Source of the DNA: the human T2T-CHM13v2.0 reference genome, Homo sapiens
Strand: one strand, 5' to 3'
DNA length: 64,000 bases
Assembly: GCF_009914755.1 (NCBI RefSeq)
Contig: NC_060936.1
The position numbers and the translations under genes are program-made. Shown one piece after another: positions 43,581 to 64,000 of this stretch (positions within the stretch are counted from its first letter, which is position 1; every line of letters begins with the position of its first letter). The notes under the pieces are model-generated. The model was not told the origin of the DNA. It ran no database searches and saw nothing but the letters and a program-made list of their open reading frames with translations.

Positions 43581-46420
43581 GCAGTAAGAGTGCAAAAGGA
43601 GAGTCCACTAAGATTGGGCACTCCAGAGAGTCTCACAAGGGTGCACCTATGAAGCACAGGAAGACTTGGGCAAAGGGGAAAGGAGGAGGAATTCCAGGTG
43701 GGAAACAGCTAACAAAGGCACAGACGAAGGAACACTCCCGCAGTGCCCGGCATCACAGGTGAGGCAGGTGGCTGAAGACAATGGAGGAGGCCCTGCCTCA
43801 CAGAGAAGAGCTAAATAAAGACAACCCTGGCGACAGCATGCAGGACGGAAAAGGGAAGGACTAGGAATAAAAACCAGAAAAGACACAGCGGCTGCCACTC
43901 CAGCTGGGAAGGTGGAGGGAGGGGCCCAGGGCGCTGGCCTCGGAGGGCTGGGGCAGGGGGTCGAATTGGCAGACATGAGGGGATGCGGAAGGAGAGAGTC
44001 ATGTTCTGTATATGTTTCAGTGTTCTTTTTTCTCTCCTTTTAAACGCAGACCTCAGATATTTAAACTCAAGAATAAATCACACAATTTTCCAACTATCCT
44101 GAGAATGGGTAACACACAACAGATGACCAAAAGCAGGTGTCCAACCTCCTCCGCTGGGGATTTTCATTTCCCAGGAAGCTTAAGGCCTGCCCAAGGCAGG
44201 GAAAAGAATAAAAATTAAAAATTTAAAAAACAAGCTAAGGCCAAGCTTCTAAAAGCAACCGTAGTGGCTCTCCAGGCCTGGCCAGGCTATGCAGCAACGC
44301 GGCCGGCAGATGGCACTGCTGCACAAGCCCAGGCCAACTGCAGGCAGGCAGTCGCAATCGCCAGGTTCCAGGGCCCAGGCGTGACTATCACCAGGCCAGA
44401 ACCGGTATGAGAGCCAGCAGGAGTTAAAGTCTGAATGAAGGTGACAAAAGATCGGCCTGCAGAGAATAAGGTGGGAAAACTGACATTTTCAAGGCCCAAG
44501 GTCAAAGAAGGACACAAGCAATTCATCATGCACCACCCACCACCAGCCAATGTGATGGGGGATGCAAATGAAATGCAAACACTGAGCCCAGCTAGGGACA
44601 GCAGAGACTAAGGGAGAGGGAAGGAGGCTACGGGCCAGAGCTTCTGGGCCATGGACAAGGTTCCTGCTAAACTTGTGCCTGTCACTACAGCACCCACCAC
44701 CACCAGCAGCTCCACTGAGCCAGGGACAGCCTGTGCAGGCTCTTGGTCCCTTCTGATCCTACTCCAAAGACTCACCTCTTTAGACTCTGTTTTGTAAAAT
44801 AAACAAGAGCTATGAAAACTAGTGAATATTTTGCTCTTCTGAAATTACTACAATAGTTTTATACCCTAGTTTATTTCCCTTAATAAAAGGTTTTCTGGGC
44901 TTTATTTTTCAGTTTAAAAAAAAAAGTTTCTTTAATGGAAATGTTCTTCACATTAGGTTTTTATTCTTTCTCTGCTTTGAAAGTCAAAGTTGAAAATGCA
45001 CGTGGCTGGATATGATGTTTGTTTTCATTCATTTAAACTGTATTTTCTGAAATCACTAAAAGTGGCTGTGTTGTTTTCAAAGTTTTCAATTAACTAATTT
45101 TATTTTACCTGATTTTAAAATATATTTATAAGACGGTTTCTACATCCAAAATATTTGGATGGAAACTTTATACAACTTGAATGCATATTCTAATGTGTTG
45201 GACTGAAGATGAGGCGGGCAGTGAAAGGGGAAAATAGCACCAGAAAGGAGAAGCAAAGGATAGGGGTTTGGAGACACTAAGATAAAGTTCACAGTCTTCC
45301 TGCTCTCAGGACCTTGCAGACATTTGACACTCATGAGCCAGAAATGCTGCAAACTTGAGCTCACTTCTCATCACAGAACGCCAAGGAAAAGATCATTTCT
45401 GTCTCCTTCTGAGAGCAAGCATTTTGCCACTACTAGTAAAACCGGTCTGAAATTACCACAGGTTTCTAGCCCCATATGTAAATTGGTCCACATCATTCAA
45501 GCCCTGCAGGAGCTCAGGAGCTATACAAATCAAGGAGAGGAATATAAGGTTTTGTCAACTCATTTAGGGAATATCACAGAACAGGCAATTACTTAACTTG
45601 GCAAGTTGAAATATGGCAGTAGAGTAGGACTTTAGCTCATCTATTCCACGGTGAGGACAAATTGGATCCACTAGGACAAAGCCCAACAACTAAACTAGAG
45701 CAGATGAGATCACTATAAGTGACTATAAGTAATAGCCCTAATGGATACCCATGCTCCAATGAACATGAGTTAGCCCAGAGTTCAGCTCACAGTTCCAGTG
45801 AGGTCAATGGCAGGGCTAGGACACTATAGGATGACTGATGTTATGAATATAAATCCCAGCTTTATCACCTCATGCCATTGAGCCTCAGTCTCATCCATTC
45901 AATAGGATGTGCGATTATGACCCTATAGAGCTTTGGGGAGAATCATATAAAATGGTCCCTATCCTGGCTTATAACATCAGGGACAGAATAGTGTAGTTAC
46001 TGAAATGTTGTTTTCACTATTCTGCAGGCTGGTTAGCTACATTTACCATGAGTTCTCCTATTCGTGGTTGAACATAGTGGTAAGTCACTCTACTTGGTCC
46101 ACTTAGCAAGAATGGTCCTCCTTGGCGATGAAGACATTAGGTCTTGAGTGCAGTCCATGATCACAAAACACATTCTCCTTTCCTAGAAGCCAAATATGCT
46201 TCTATCTCTACCACGGTCTGTAGTATCACTGTCAAGCATGAAGGACAGGGCCACTGCACACATTCACATGTACACGTTCACATGTGCACAGACACACACT
46301 GCCCCAGATCCTACAAATATACACGGGGTCAACTTTGAAGAGAGATGACAGCCATTTTAGGCCAAGACGGAGGAGTCTGGTAAATATGCTTTCAAAATAC
46401 ACTCAATAACTCCCATAGAG

Positions 46421-46422
<2 letters not shown>

Positions 46423-46462
<40 letters not shown>
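46423..46462. repeat. Poly(A)40
   Basis: Counted directly. Confidence 0.95.
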
Positions 46463-46467
<5 letters not shown>

Positions 46468-46720
46468 GATGACTCAGTGACTCCCAAGCAAATCAGCCCA
46501 AAAAAGATGCAGCAAAAGGGCCATTTCATATAGTGGAAAGAGCCAGATCTTTGGAGTCACATAGAGCTTCAAATTCTGAGATCAACTCCATTACTTATAA
46601 ATTGTTTCCATGGGTAACTTACTGAGCTCTTTAGGTCTTAGTTTCTTCATAGGATTTTTGTATTTATGAGTGACACAGGATACAATAATGTATTCTGTGG
46701 AATCCCAGTCCCAAGGGATT

Positions 46721-46722
<2 letters not shown>

Positions 46723-46762
<40 letters not shown>

Positions 46763-46772
46763 TGCACACACA
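46723..46772. repeat. (CA)n microsatellite
   Basis: About 18 pure CA units plus a degenerate tail. Confidence 0.92.
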
Positions 46773-47371
46773 CGCTCCATGATCAAATAAGTTTGAGAAA
46801 CAAAAACTCTCTTAAATATCTGCAAGGTACAGTAGTATATTAAAAAGACTAAAGAGTTCTGCAATAAAGAAACCTGTTTAACTATGGTTAGCTGGTGTTC
46901 TTTAAACTCACTTGACCACAAGTAACTGTTAATACCCTGCAAAATACACCTTTGAAAAACACTAAGATAATGAATATATTGGGTTTAGCACAATCAAGGT
47001 ACATAATCTCTCTTAACAATGGCAGACATTATGACACAAAATATTCTTTTCCCTTTCCCTCCTGGATTTCTGTATCATTCTGCTTAAATGACTATAATCA
47101 TAAAGACAATAGTAATAACAATCATAATAATAATGTGGTAACAACACTTTGATGTTTAATCCCACAGATAATACATGACAGACGCAGGATTTGAACCAAG
47201 AGCTATCTGAATGCAAGGCCATTACACAATACTGCCTCCCTATCCCTAATGATCCCCGTAAGAGTCAACCCTGCTGCCACAGTTGGAAGAGGCCAATCAC
47301 TGGTGAACATATCTCCCTTTTGACCCAAGAGGGAAGCAGCCCCATGGGAAGTGAAAGGCCCAGGCTCCTAC

Positions 47372-47571
47372 CTGGTGCTGGACTCCATCCTCACCAATGC
47401 ACTGAGTGCAGGCCTCTTCAGGGACACAGCTGCCTTCCAACATGACTTTATCTGGAGGGCAGAAACAGCCTTCGGAGGGATGGTCCCCACAGGAGCTCAC
47501 GTTGCCATCACAGTGCCGGGGACAGCCATGCTCACAGTGGTTGTAGACCAGAGATGGTGGGCATGACATAG
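47372..47571 (-). CDS. VWF: VWF exon 38 (aa 2200-2266, TIL4/C1)
   Basis: acag|[67 protein letters not shown]|gtagga; 200 nt. Confidence 0.97.
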
Positions 47572-47659
47572 CTGTAGACAGAGAAGGAGGTCACTTGCAA
47601 AGGCCCACACCAGCCAGAGTGAAATGGGCACAGCTGATTCAACATGGTTAATCATCAGA

Positions 47660-48125
47660 CAAACTTGCCAGGGCAGAGACGGCTATTTTCCACCAATCTT
47701 CATCCTCCCCACCTTCCATAGAAACAGAACTTTAGGCTGGGCATATGACCACCAGAATGAGGACTATATTTCCCAACCTTTCTTGCAGCTAAGTGTAGTC
47801 ACATGACTAGTTCTGCCCAATGAACTGTAAAAGAAAGTATAGTATCCCATGGCAGCTTCCAGGAGTCCATTTTAAAAGACAGCTATGCATGCTCCTTGTC
47901 CCTCTTCCCTCCTTCCCTCAGCTTCCTCCTTGGAGCATGAATGTGATGGCTAGAACTCCATCTTAGACCATGAAGAAAAAGACCACACCCAACTGAGGGC
48001 AGAGCAAGGAACTAGAATCCAGTTTGAGGCCCAGAATCAGCTGGAGCCACCGCCTCCGATCAGTTGTATGACAGAAAATTTTAATTCTCTGCTACTAGCA
48101 GCCAAATCTAGTCCTAACAAATGTT
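47660..48125 (+). mobile_element. Old MaLR LTR (MLT1-type)
   Basis: ctatatttcccaacctttcttgcagctaagtgtagtcacatgactagttctg...gcagccaaatc motifs. Confidence 0.6.
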
Positions 48126-49156
48126 GTGAACCTGTGTGTCCTTAGTAGGTTTTGTTGTCCTTTTTTGAATACATATGTCTTTTATGCTTGAAAAGCATCT
48201 TTAAATTAGGAATACACAGCTTAGAACTGCCTTGGGAGAGAAGCTACAAGGTGATTCATTTCCCTCGTTCTGATTCGCTCAACAACTTCCTCACATCCTC
48301 AAGGCACCAAGGCAGGCAGGTGATGGACGAAGTTTCCAAGGATTTGGAGCACCAAAGATTTCCCTCTGTGTGCACAGTAAATAACCAGGAGGTACACAAA
48401 GAAATCAGTATGCAGAGAAAGTGCTTCCAGTAACTTAGAAACTAACATTTGCCCCTTGATTTGCAGGCTGATTGGGAGGAGGCAGTATCATCCACATGGC
48501 CTCAGAAAATCGGAGCCCTAAGGAACCTACAGGTTATCTAGGCCAACTATCTCATTCTAGGATGCAGAAACTGAGGTCCAGAAAGACTAAGAGAACAGTC
48601 CATCCACCAGCTGAGCTGGGACTAGGATGCCCAAGTCCTCCAGACCCAGCTCAGAGCTGCTGACAGTTCCATGATGATAAACTCTGAGGCTCTAACAGGC
48701 ATGTACATATTGATTTCCCTCAAAAAAATAGTCGAGGATTATATTTGATGACTGAGGGTTTCAAGTTCAGTATTCTTTTCACTCCAGCACCCCTGAGGGA
48801 CAGGAGCCATATCTGATTCATTTCAGTTTCCCCTGTACTTTAAATAAATGCCAAGTCCAGGTAGGGAAGCTGACCTTGGGGAGGGGCTGTCTGCACTAGC
48901 AATCCTGCAGTGTTTATAACTGAGAAGACTCTTGGCAACCAATGATTCTACTTGCACTTCAAAATCCTGCTCAGGCATGGACTACACTGTAAGTGTGTGC
49001 TAAAGCTTGGTGGAATTTCAAATTCAATGTGACTGGTTACACAGCCCTTTACAGATGCCTATATGTGTCTAACACATTAAAATCGCATTTGTCTGAACTA
49101 TAGAAATACTAATGGAAAGGACCATGCATTAATTTACATAAAAATTCTACGTGCAG

Positions 49157-49186
49157 AGTGTATGTGTGTATATATATACATATATA

Positions 49187-49218
<32 letters not shown>

Positions 49219-49259
49219 CACACACACACATATACATATATGTATATGTATATATATAT
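49157..49259. repeat. Compound (TG)/(TA)/(CA) alternating purine-pyrimidine repeat
   Basis: Seen directly. Confidence 0.9.
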
Positions 49260-49414
49260 CTTCCATCTTATTTGATCCTAACTGGAATCCCAGGTCATAC
49301 GAAATACAGGGATTTTCATCCTTATTAGCCAGATAAAGAATCTGGGGCACAGAGAGGCTGAGCAAGCCCAGTTAGCTGGTCTCCAGGATTTTCAGAGGTA
49401 ACTTGGAGACTCAC

Positions 49415-49756
49415 CACAGAAATCAGGTGTCCTCCAGTCAACGCAGACCCCGTTGGTCCGACAGAGGTGGGCATAAGAGGCGATCACCTCACACACTTGC
49501 TCCTGGTGGCAACTGTCCTGCTGGCAGATGGCATAGAATGTGGCTGGAGCCAGGACCTTGTGGCATTCAGCAAACAGTGGTAAGAGGAGGACCTGGCAGT
49601 GGGAGCTGTCGGGGACAAGACACTGCTCCTCCAGGATGGGCTGGCACGTCTGCCCTGGCCGCTGCACAGTCCATTCCTGAACAAGTGTTTTCCAGTCTGT
49701 GGTGACTGTGCCATCCCTCAGCATGAAGTCATTGGCTCCGTTCTCATCACAGATCC
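49415..49756 (-). CDS. VWF: VWF exon 37 (aa 2086-2200, VWD4 end / C8-4)
   Basis: ctag|[16 protein letters not shown]...[10 protein letters not shown]|gtgagt; 342 nt. Confidence 0.97.
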
Positions 49757-49967
49757 CTAGAGAAACAAACAAACAAAAAAAAGATAAACTGAGTGGCCCT
49801 GGGTACAAAAACATTGATGCCAGAGACAGGCCATTCTTGATCCTCACCAGAATCTGACCCTCGCTACTAGACCCTGAAATATAAGCATCCAAGAGCCTCA
49901 GAGTAGAGCAAGTAAGGTTTATAAATGTATAGCAGGGGGAGAAGAGGAGTTGAGAAAATGTTCTTAC

Positions 49968-50160
49968 CACACAGACCATACGTCTTTGAAGCAAAAGTCT
50001 TGGGGCTGAGCTGCAGTTGGAACTCATTGTTTTGTGGAGTGAATGTGAAGATGTGACCAAGGTGATTGAATCTGACCTCATGCATGATGGCACCATAAAC
50101 GTTGACTTCCATGTTCCCACCCACGTAAGGAACAGAGACCAGTCTCCCATTCACCGTCAC
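49968..50160 (-). CDS. VWF: VWF exon 36 (aa 2022-2086, VWD4)
   Basis: gcag|[64 protein letters not shown]|gtaaga; 193 nt. Confidence 0.97.
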
Positions 50161-50535
50161 CTGCACAAAGAAGAAAGAGCTCATCCGTAGTCCTAGCAAT
50201 GAGGAATCCTAGGTTTTTAGGGAAGTTACCGAGAGTTCCTGCACATTCATCACACTCAACTGCAACATCAGCCACAAACCTTGATATTTGTCGGCAGCTC
50301 TTCTAAGATAAAGAAGAGCTTGACTAGAAAACAGAGCTTGACTTTACAGAGCTTGACCAGAAAACAGGCTGTTGTAATACTGTACGGGTGGCCATGCACC
50401 AAGAACCTAAAAGCCTGGAGATTAAAAGGAACCTTGAGTCTATGTGACTCAACAGGGAAGGGCAATGCCTTTAAGACAGGCTGGGAAAGTCGCCTTATTG
50501 CCAACTCATCAGAGCAGTGTCTCCAAGAGCATCTA

Positions 50536-50722
50536 GCAGCTGTGTCCAACCCTTTGAATGCAAGGACATTTTTGCTTCTCTGTGGTGGTGGATATCAGAA
50601 AATTATGCCCAGACCTTTTTTTTAGCTCATCAGCTATCGTTAGTGTTAATGCATTGTATGTGTGGCCCAAGACAATTCCTCTTCCAGTGTGGCCCAGGGA
50701 AGCCAAAAGGTTGGACACTGGT
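50536..50722 (-). mobile_element. MER30-type hAT-Charlie MITE
   Basis: Reverse of gtgtccaaccttttggcttccctgggccacactggaagaggaattgtcttgggccacacat...gatagctgatgagctaaaa. Confidence 0.8.
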
Positions 50723-51554
50723 GTTTTAATGGGACCACTTTAAGTCTTCTTTGTGTGTATGTGTGCCACTAGACGCTCTTTCTTGGGCAGCCCCACCATA
50801 TATCATATCAAACACATTAAAATGTACTCACATTCCACAATGAATATAATTTTGCTGTAAAATTTTTGGAAGGATTTTTTATCATTTTGATTTTTTAATT
50901 TTTGGCTATGAGTTACTCACTTGATATATGACTAAGATTTTTCTGCAATTATTGTTCAAATTCAGGAATTCTTGCGAAGTGAGAAAATCTAGCTTACAAG
51001 TTGTTTTCACACAATGAAATATTTATGATTTCTACACGAACAAGTAAAGAAGTTGGCATAGTGTAACCTTTTGTAAGCATTTAATCAATCATTTATATAT
51101 ATATATATCAGTTTTGCAGTTTTCTTTTCAAATTTTGGAGCCTGACGTTTTATGTAGGCCTTAAATATTTTCAAAAGACCTAATTTAGGCCATAAATGTT
51201 TCCCTTTGGAAAGCTTACAGGGTTTAGGCATTGGACTCATAATACCTTCCGAGTGAACAATCCTGATGCCAATCCCAATTCTCCACCAGTGCCAGAAACT
51301 GGCACTAAATTCACAATTTTATGCTATCTAAAAGTGATTCCATCTTGCAAATCTGAGCCCGGAACAACATGAAATCACGCCAAGACAAGGGGATGGCAAT
51401 AAACCCCTCTAAGAAAGTGGTACTCCTCTCCTCCACTTAAGCAGAAGGCAGAGCTCCTAACAAGAGCATCAACTAAAAGCAACTGCCACCAGGTCCAGGT
51501 GGTTTTCCTGACATTCTATTGCCTTACCACGGATCCACAGAAAGTACTTCTCAC

Positions 51555-51775
51555 CTCCATGTCACTGTGCAGCTCGACGGAGAGGGCACTGTGCTTCACC
51601 TCGATGGATTTCATGCAGCCCTGCCTTGCTCCAGGGCTGCAGGCACCATTATGGAGAATCACCTCCAGGTCCTGCTCCTTGTTTTGAAATAGGACATAAG
51701 AACAGCTGCCAGTCAGCTTGAAATTCTGCCCATCAAAGGTCACGATGTGCCGAGTGGAGCTGCCTGTGCACACGC
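51555..51775 (-). CDS. VWF: VWF exon 35 (aa 1948-2021, VWD4)
   Basis: ccag|GC GTG TGC...[74 protein letters not shown]|gtgaga; 221 nt. Exon 34 lies beyond the right edge. Confidence 0.97.
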
Positions 51776-53769
51776 CTGGACAGAGAGAAGCAGAGGATGG
51801 ATGCGACGTTATCCAAACCCCCATGCCTACTACATGCAGACAGGCAGGTGTGACCAAGTTGCACACAGATAAATACAGTAGAGAATGGAACAGGCCCTTT
51901 GAGGTCATATAGAACAATTTCCTCCTTTTTTTACAGATTAGGAAACTGGGGCTCTGAGAGGTAGAGAGGTTTAGGTAAGTAACACTTGGCCATTAAATAT
52001 TTTCCTGTTACATAAAATGTGGCAAATTATAGAACCACACTTCTAAAAAATTTAAATGTACAGTGTGAATAATCCATTCTACAGGGATGCCTTGGCCCAG
52101 AAAACAAAGTTAAGTTCCAGGGGTGTTATGACTCGTGGAAATTAAGAAAAGCTAAGCAAGCTATGAGCTCATGATCTCATTGTAAAGAAAATTCACCTAA
52201 AGACACGTGTCCTTTCAGCTGCCAAGTGACTAAGGTAATGGTACAAGTGACCATGTTGACTTAATCCCTTAAGAGATCGCACAGGAGAAATATTTCCAGA
52301 GCCAAAAAAAAAAAAAAAAAAAAAATGGTTGAGTCTCAATGCTCCCTCATTTGACCCTGAGTCATTCACATAATTGGCAAATTCTCAAGATTCCTATTAA
52401 AACATTATTGGTGAATACTGATCATTTTGCACCTACATAAGATGATTTGGTAAAAATCCTCACATTGAAGGCACCACCACCATAAATGATTTGAAAGCTA
52501 ATCTTGGACCTAAGTAAAGTTGGAGATAAGCTTTCCAGACAAACCACGACCACATCTACAATGGCAGGTGAATACATGCCCAAGAGCTGAGACACAGATT
52601 CGGTGGAGCAGGGAGGCCCCACTAACATCCCTCACTCATAGCCAAGCCTGAGCCAACCTCTCCCTATGGGGGTTACTGTCAAGCAGCACAACCACTGACA
52701 AATGATGGGTCTGGAAGCACCATCAGAGCTAAGCAGCCTCCCCAGAAGTTCTACTAAAAATCCCCTATGTCCTTGAGCAGTCAGTCATTTCCAAGTGACA
52801 GTACTGAATACTACTGGCTTACTAACATCCATGCTGCAAGTGATCCCCAACACGCAGCTGTTGATATTGTCACGTCAAGGAGTCAGCCCAACTGCCATAA
52901 GGATGGAATAAATCACAAGGCAAAGAAATGGTCTTAGCTCACACAAGGCAAGTTAGTGAGAATGGCTCTGCCCACCCTAAGATGAACTGTGACTGTGTAA
53001 TGGGTACTTTACAGCCAGAGAAACTAGGGGTTGGTTTCTGTTTCACTTGCTTGCACTGTGACCTTGGATCAGTTACTTAACTTTACTGATCCTCTCCTAT
53101 CTCCTCTGCATAATAGGCCTATAATCGATACCTTTTAGTATTCTTGTGAGAATTAGTTGCAATATAGATGAAATGCCTACCTAATAGTGCATGACTCACA
53201 TGTGCATGTTTAACAAACAGATCTCCAAATCTTTATGAATAAGACACAAAATAAATTCAATAGTTTGTAAATTGCTGTATTGTAGGTATAGTAAAACTTG
53301 AGGTCCTTCCATCTCCAGAATACCAAATTACCTCCCAACAAACCATCACATTATACTCCAGTTTAGTGATTAGTTTTAATGAGCCATATATATTAACACA
53401 TTCCAATGTTCAGGACATAGAGAAAGTTAGGCCGAACCAATTAAAAATTAATACATTAGAGTTATATAACAAAATGTTACTGCACAGTTATAAAATATTA
53501 TCACAGAGTAAAGTATATCACTCATAAATATCTCCTGAAATCATTTTATCTCATCTCTCTCCTTTTCTTCAACATCTTCTTACTCATTATCTTTCCAAGT
53601 GACAATACAAATATTTGTGATTGAATATTATATTAAAACTTTTGGCTGATTGTCAAAATGTAATGATATCAGATACTAAAGTGAATTGTTAGCAAAACAC
53701 AAATGTTCAAAAAGACGTCCAGGTAGCCAAAGTGGGCCCTAATACTTCAGCTATTAATATTGTCAAGTT

Positions 53770-54017
53770 GGCCGGGCACAGTGGCTCATACCTGTAATCT
53801 CAGCACTTTGGAAGGCCGAGGCGGGCGGATCACAAGGTCAGGAGATCGAGACCATCCTGGCTAACATGGTGAAACCCCAACTCTACTAAAAATACAAAAA
53901 ATTAGCCAGGCATGGTGGCGGGCACCTGTAGTCCCAGCTACTCGGGAGGCTGAGGCAGGAGACTGGCGTGAACTCGGGAGGCAGAGCTTGCAGTGAGCCG
54001 AGACTCCGAGACTCCGT

Positions 54018-54088
<71 letters not shown>
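53770..54088 (+). mobile_element. AluY-like with a 3' internal deletion and A-rich + (TA)n tail
   Basis: ...gagccgagactccgagactccgtc then a long A run and (TA)n; flanking repeat gtcaagt. Confidence 0.88.
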
Positions 54089-54089
<1 letters not shown>

Positions 54090-54261
54090 TCAAGTCAAGG
54101 AGCCAGCCCCAACGGTCATGAGAATAAAATAAACTACAAGGCAAATAAATATGTAGGGAGATATATATCCTCTGAACACAGTGAAGAACAATAAGAACAA
54201 ATTAAATTACTATGAAAAAAGCATGCTTTCAGCATAAGTAGAAAACAAGAAAATACCCAAA

Positions 54262-54575
54262 TTTTATTTATTTTTATTTTTATTTTTATTTTTTTTCCAA
54301 GAGAAGTGTCACTCTTGTCACCAAGGCCAGAGCGCAATGGCGCGATCTTGGCTCACTGCAACCTCCGCCTCCCCGGGTTCAGGCGATTCTCCTGCCTCAG
54401 CCTCCCAAGTAGCTAGGATTACAGGCATGCGCCACCACACCTGGCTAACTTTTGTATTTTTAGTGGAGACAGAGTTTCACCATGTTGGCCAGGCTGGTCT
54501 CGAACTCCTGACCTCGTGATCTGCCTTGACCTCCCAAAGTGCTGGGATTACAGGCGTGAGCCACTGCACCCAGCC
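54262..54575 (-). mobile_element. AluS
   Basis: Reverse Alu with (ATTTTT)n tail. Confidence 0.88.
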
Positions 54576-55017
54576 AAAAACATCCAAACTTTAAAATAGC
54601 CGTAAATAAAGTAAAAGAGAAAAAACACCAAATCCCACCCAGCAAAAATCCCTCATCCTCTAACTGTTAGCCTTTGTCATGAGCAAGGACAATCCAAGGA
54701 GAACTGAAAAGAAGAGAGAAGAGAGTGGGCAGCAAGCCTAAAATTTCTCTATAACCACCACTACCACCAGAAAGAAAAGCCTATCCTAAGGGCAAAAATA
54801 TTTTGAAGTATCCCAACAGACCAGAGCAGGTGCTAAAAACACACGCAATATTTGGTGACAACCTGAAAAGCATAGTTTCAAGGGGACTGGGAGCAAAAAG
54901 AAATGGAAAGGTGCTTGGAAAGTGACTGGAGACATAAAAATAAAGCAAACGGGAAAGTCAGGGTCCAGAAAAACCTGAAAAATCAGAGGCCACACAATCC
55001 TTCAGGATCCACATGTA

Positions 55018-55057
<40 letters not shown>

Positions 55058-55099
55058 ACTAAGGAAATGACTTTTCTATACTAATAGAAAGGAGGGTCA

Positions 55100-61000
<5,901 letters not shown>

Positions 61001-61039
61001 TAAAACCCAATGGAAAGTAGAAATAATGAATAAATTTAG

Positions 61040-64000
<2,961 letters not shown>

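Noticed and set aside
49392-50150. 252-aa ORF running through intron 36 into exon 37
   Set aside because: Only the exon 37 part is the VWF frame. The intron is 211 nt, and retention from exon 36 stops at 49867.
50315-50366. Three spaced copies of AGAGCTTGAC (CRISPR-like look)
   Set aside because: Short slippage duplication in a human intron; repeats and spacers are far too short.

Overview
This is human-type genomic DNA from chr12p13.31. The minus strand carries the 3' part of VWF (von Willebrand factor). I located coding exons 35-52 base by base. All have canonical AG/GT sites and consistent phases, and together they total 2,600 nt (aa 1948-2813: D4 assembly, C1-C6 including the RGDS integrin site, and the CK dimerisation domain). 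A short 3'UTR with AATAAA follows. About 2.7 kb further downstream on the same strand lies the 5' end of ANO2/TMEM16B: a distal first coding exon (MPE-) and a CpG-island first exon (MATPGPR-). Intron 40 holds the forensic vWA STR (allele 17, [TAGA]12[CAGA]4 TAGA) and the other ATCT arrays. Introns 34, 42 and 47 are filled with nested L1/Alu/Tigger3/MER1A/MaLR fossils. I found no convincing new gene, RNA gene or novel biological system; this is a well-studied locus. The most testable leads are (i) VWF-to-ANO2 read-through with phase-compatible exons, (ii) a donor site rebuilt at the exon 50/51 junction, (iii) candidate cryptic exons, and (iv) small local duplications or templated insertions near exons. 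Exon, cDNA and residue numbering and repeat subfamily names are from memory, not database searches.
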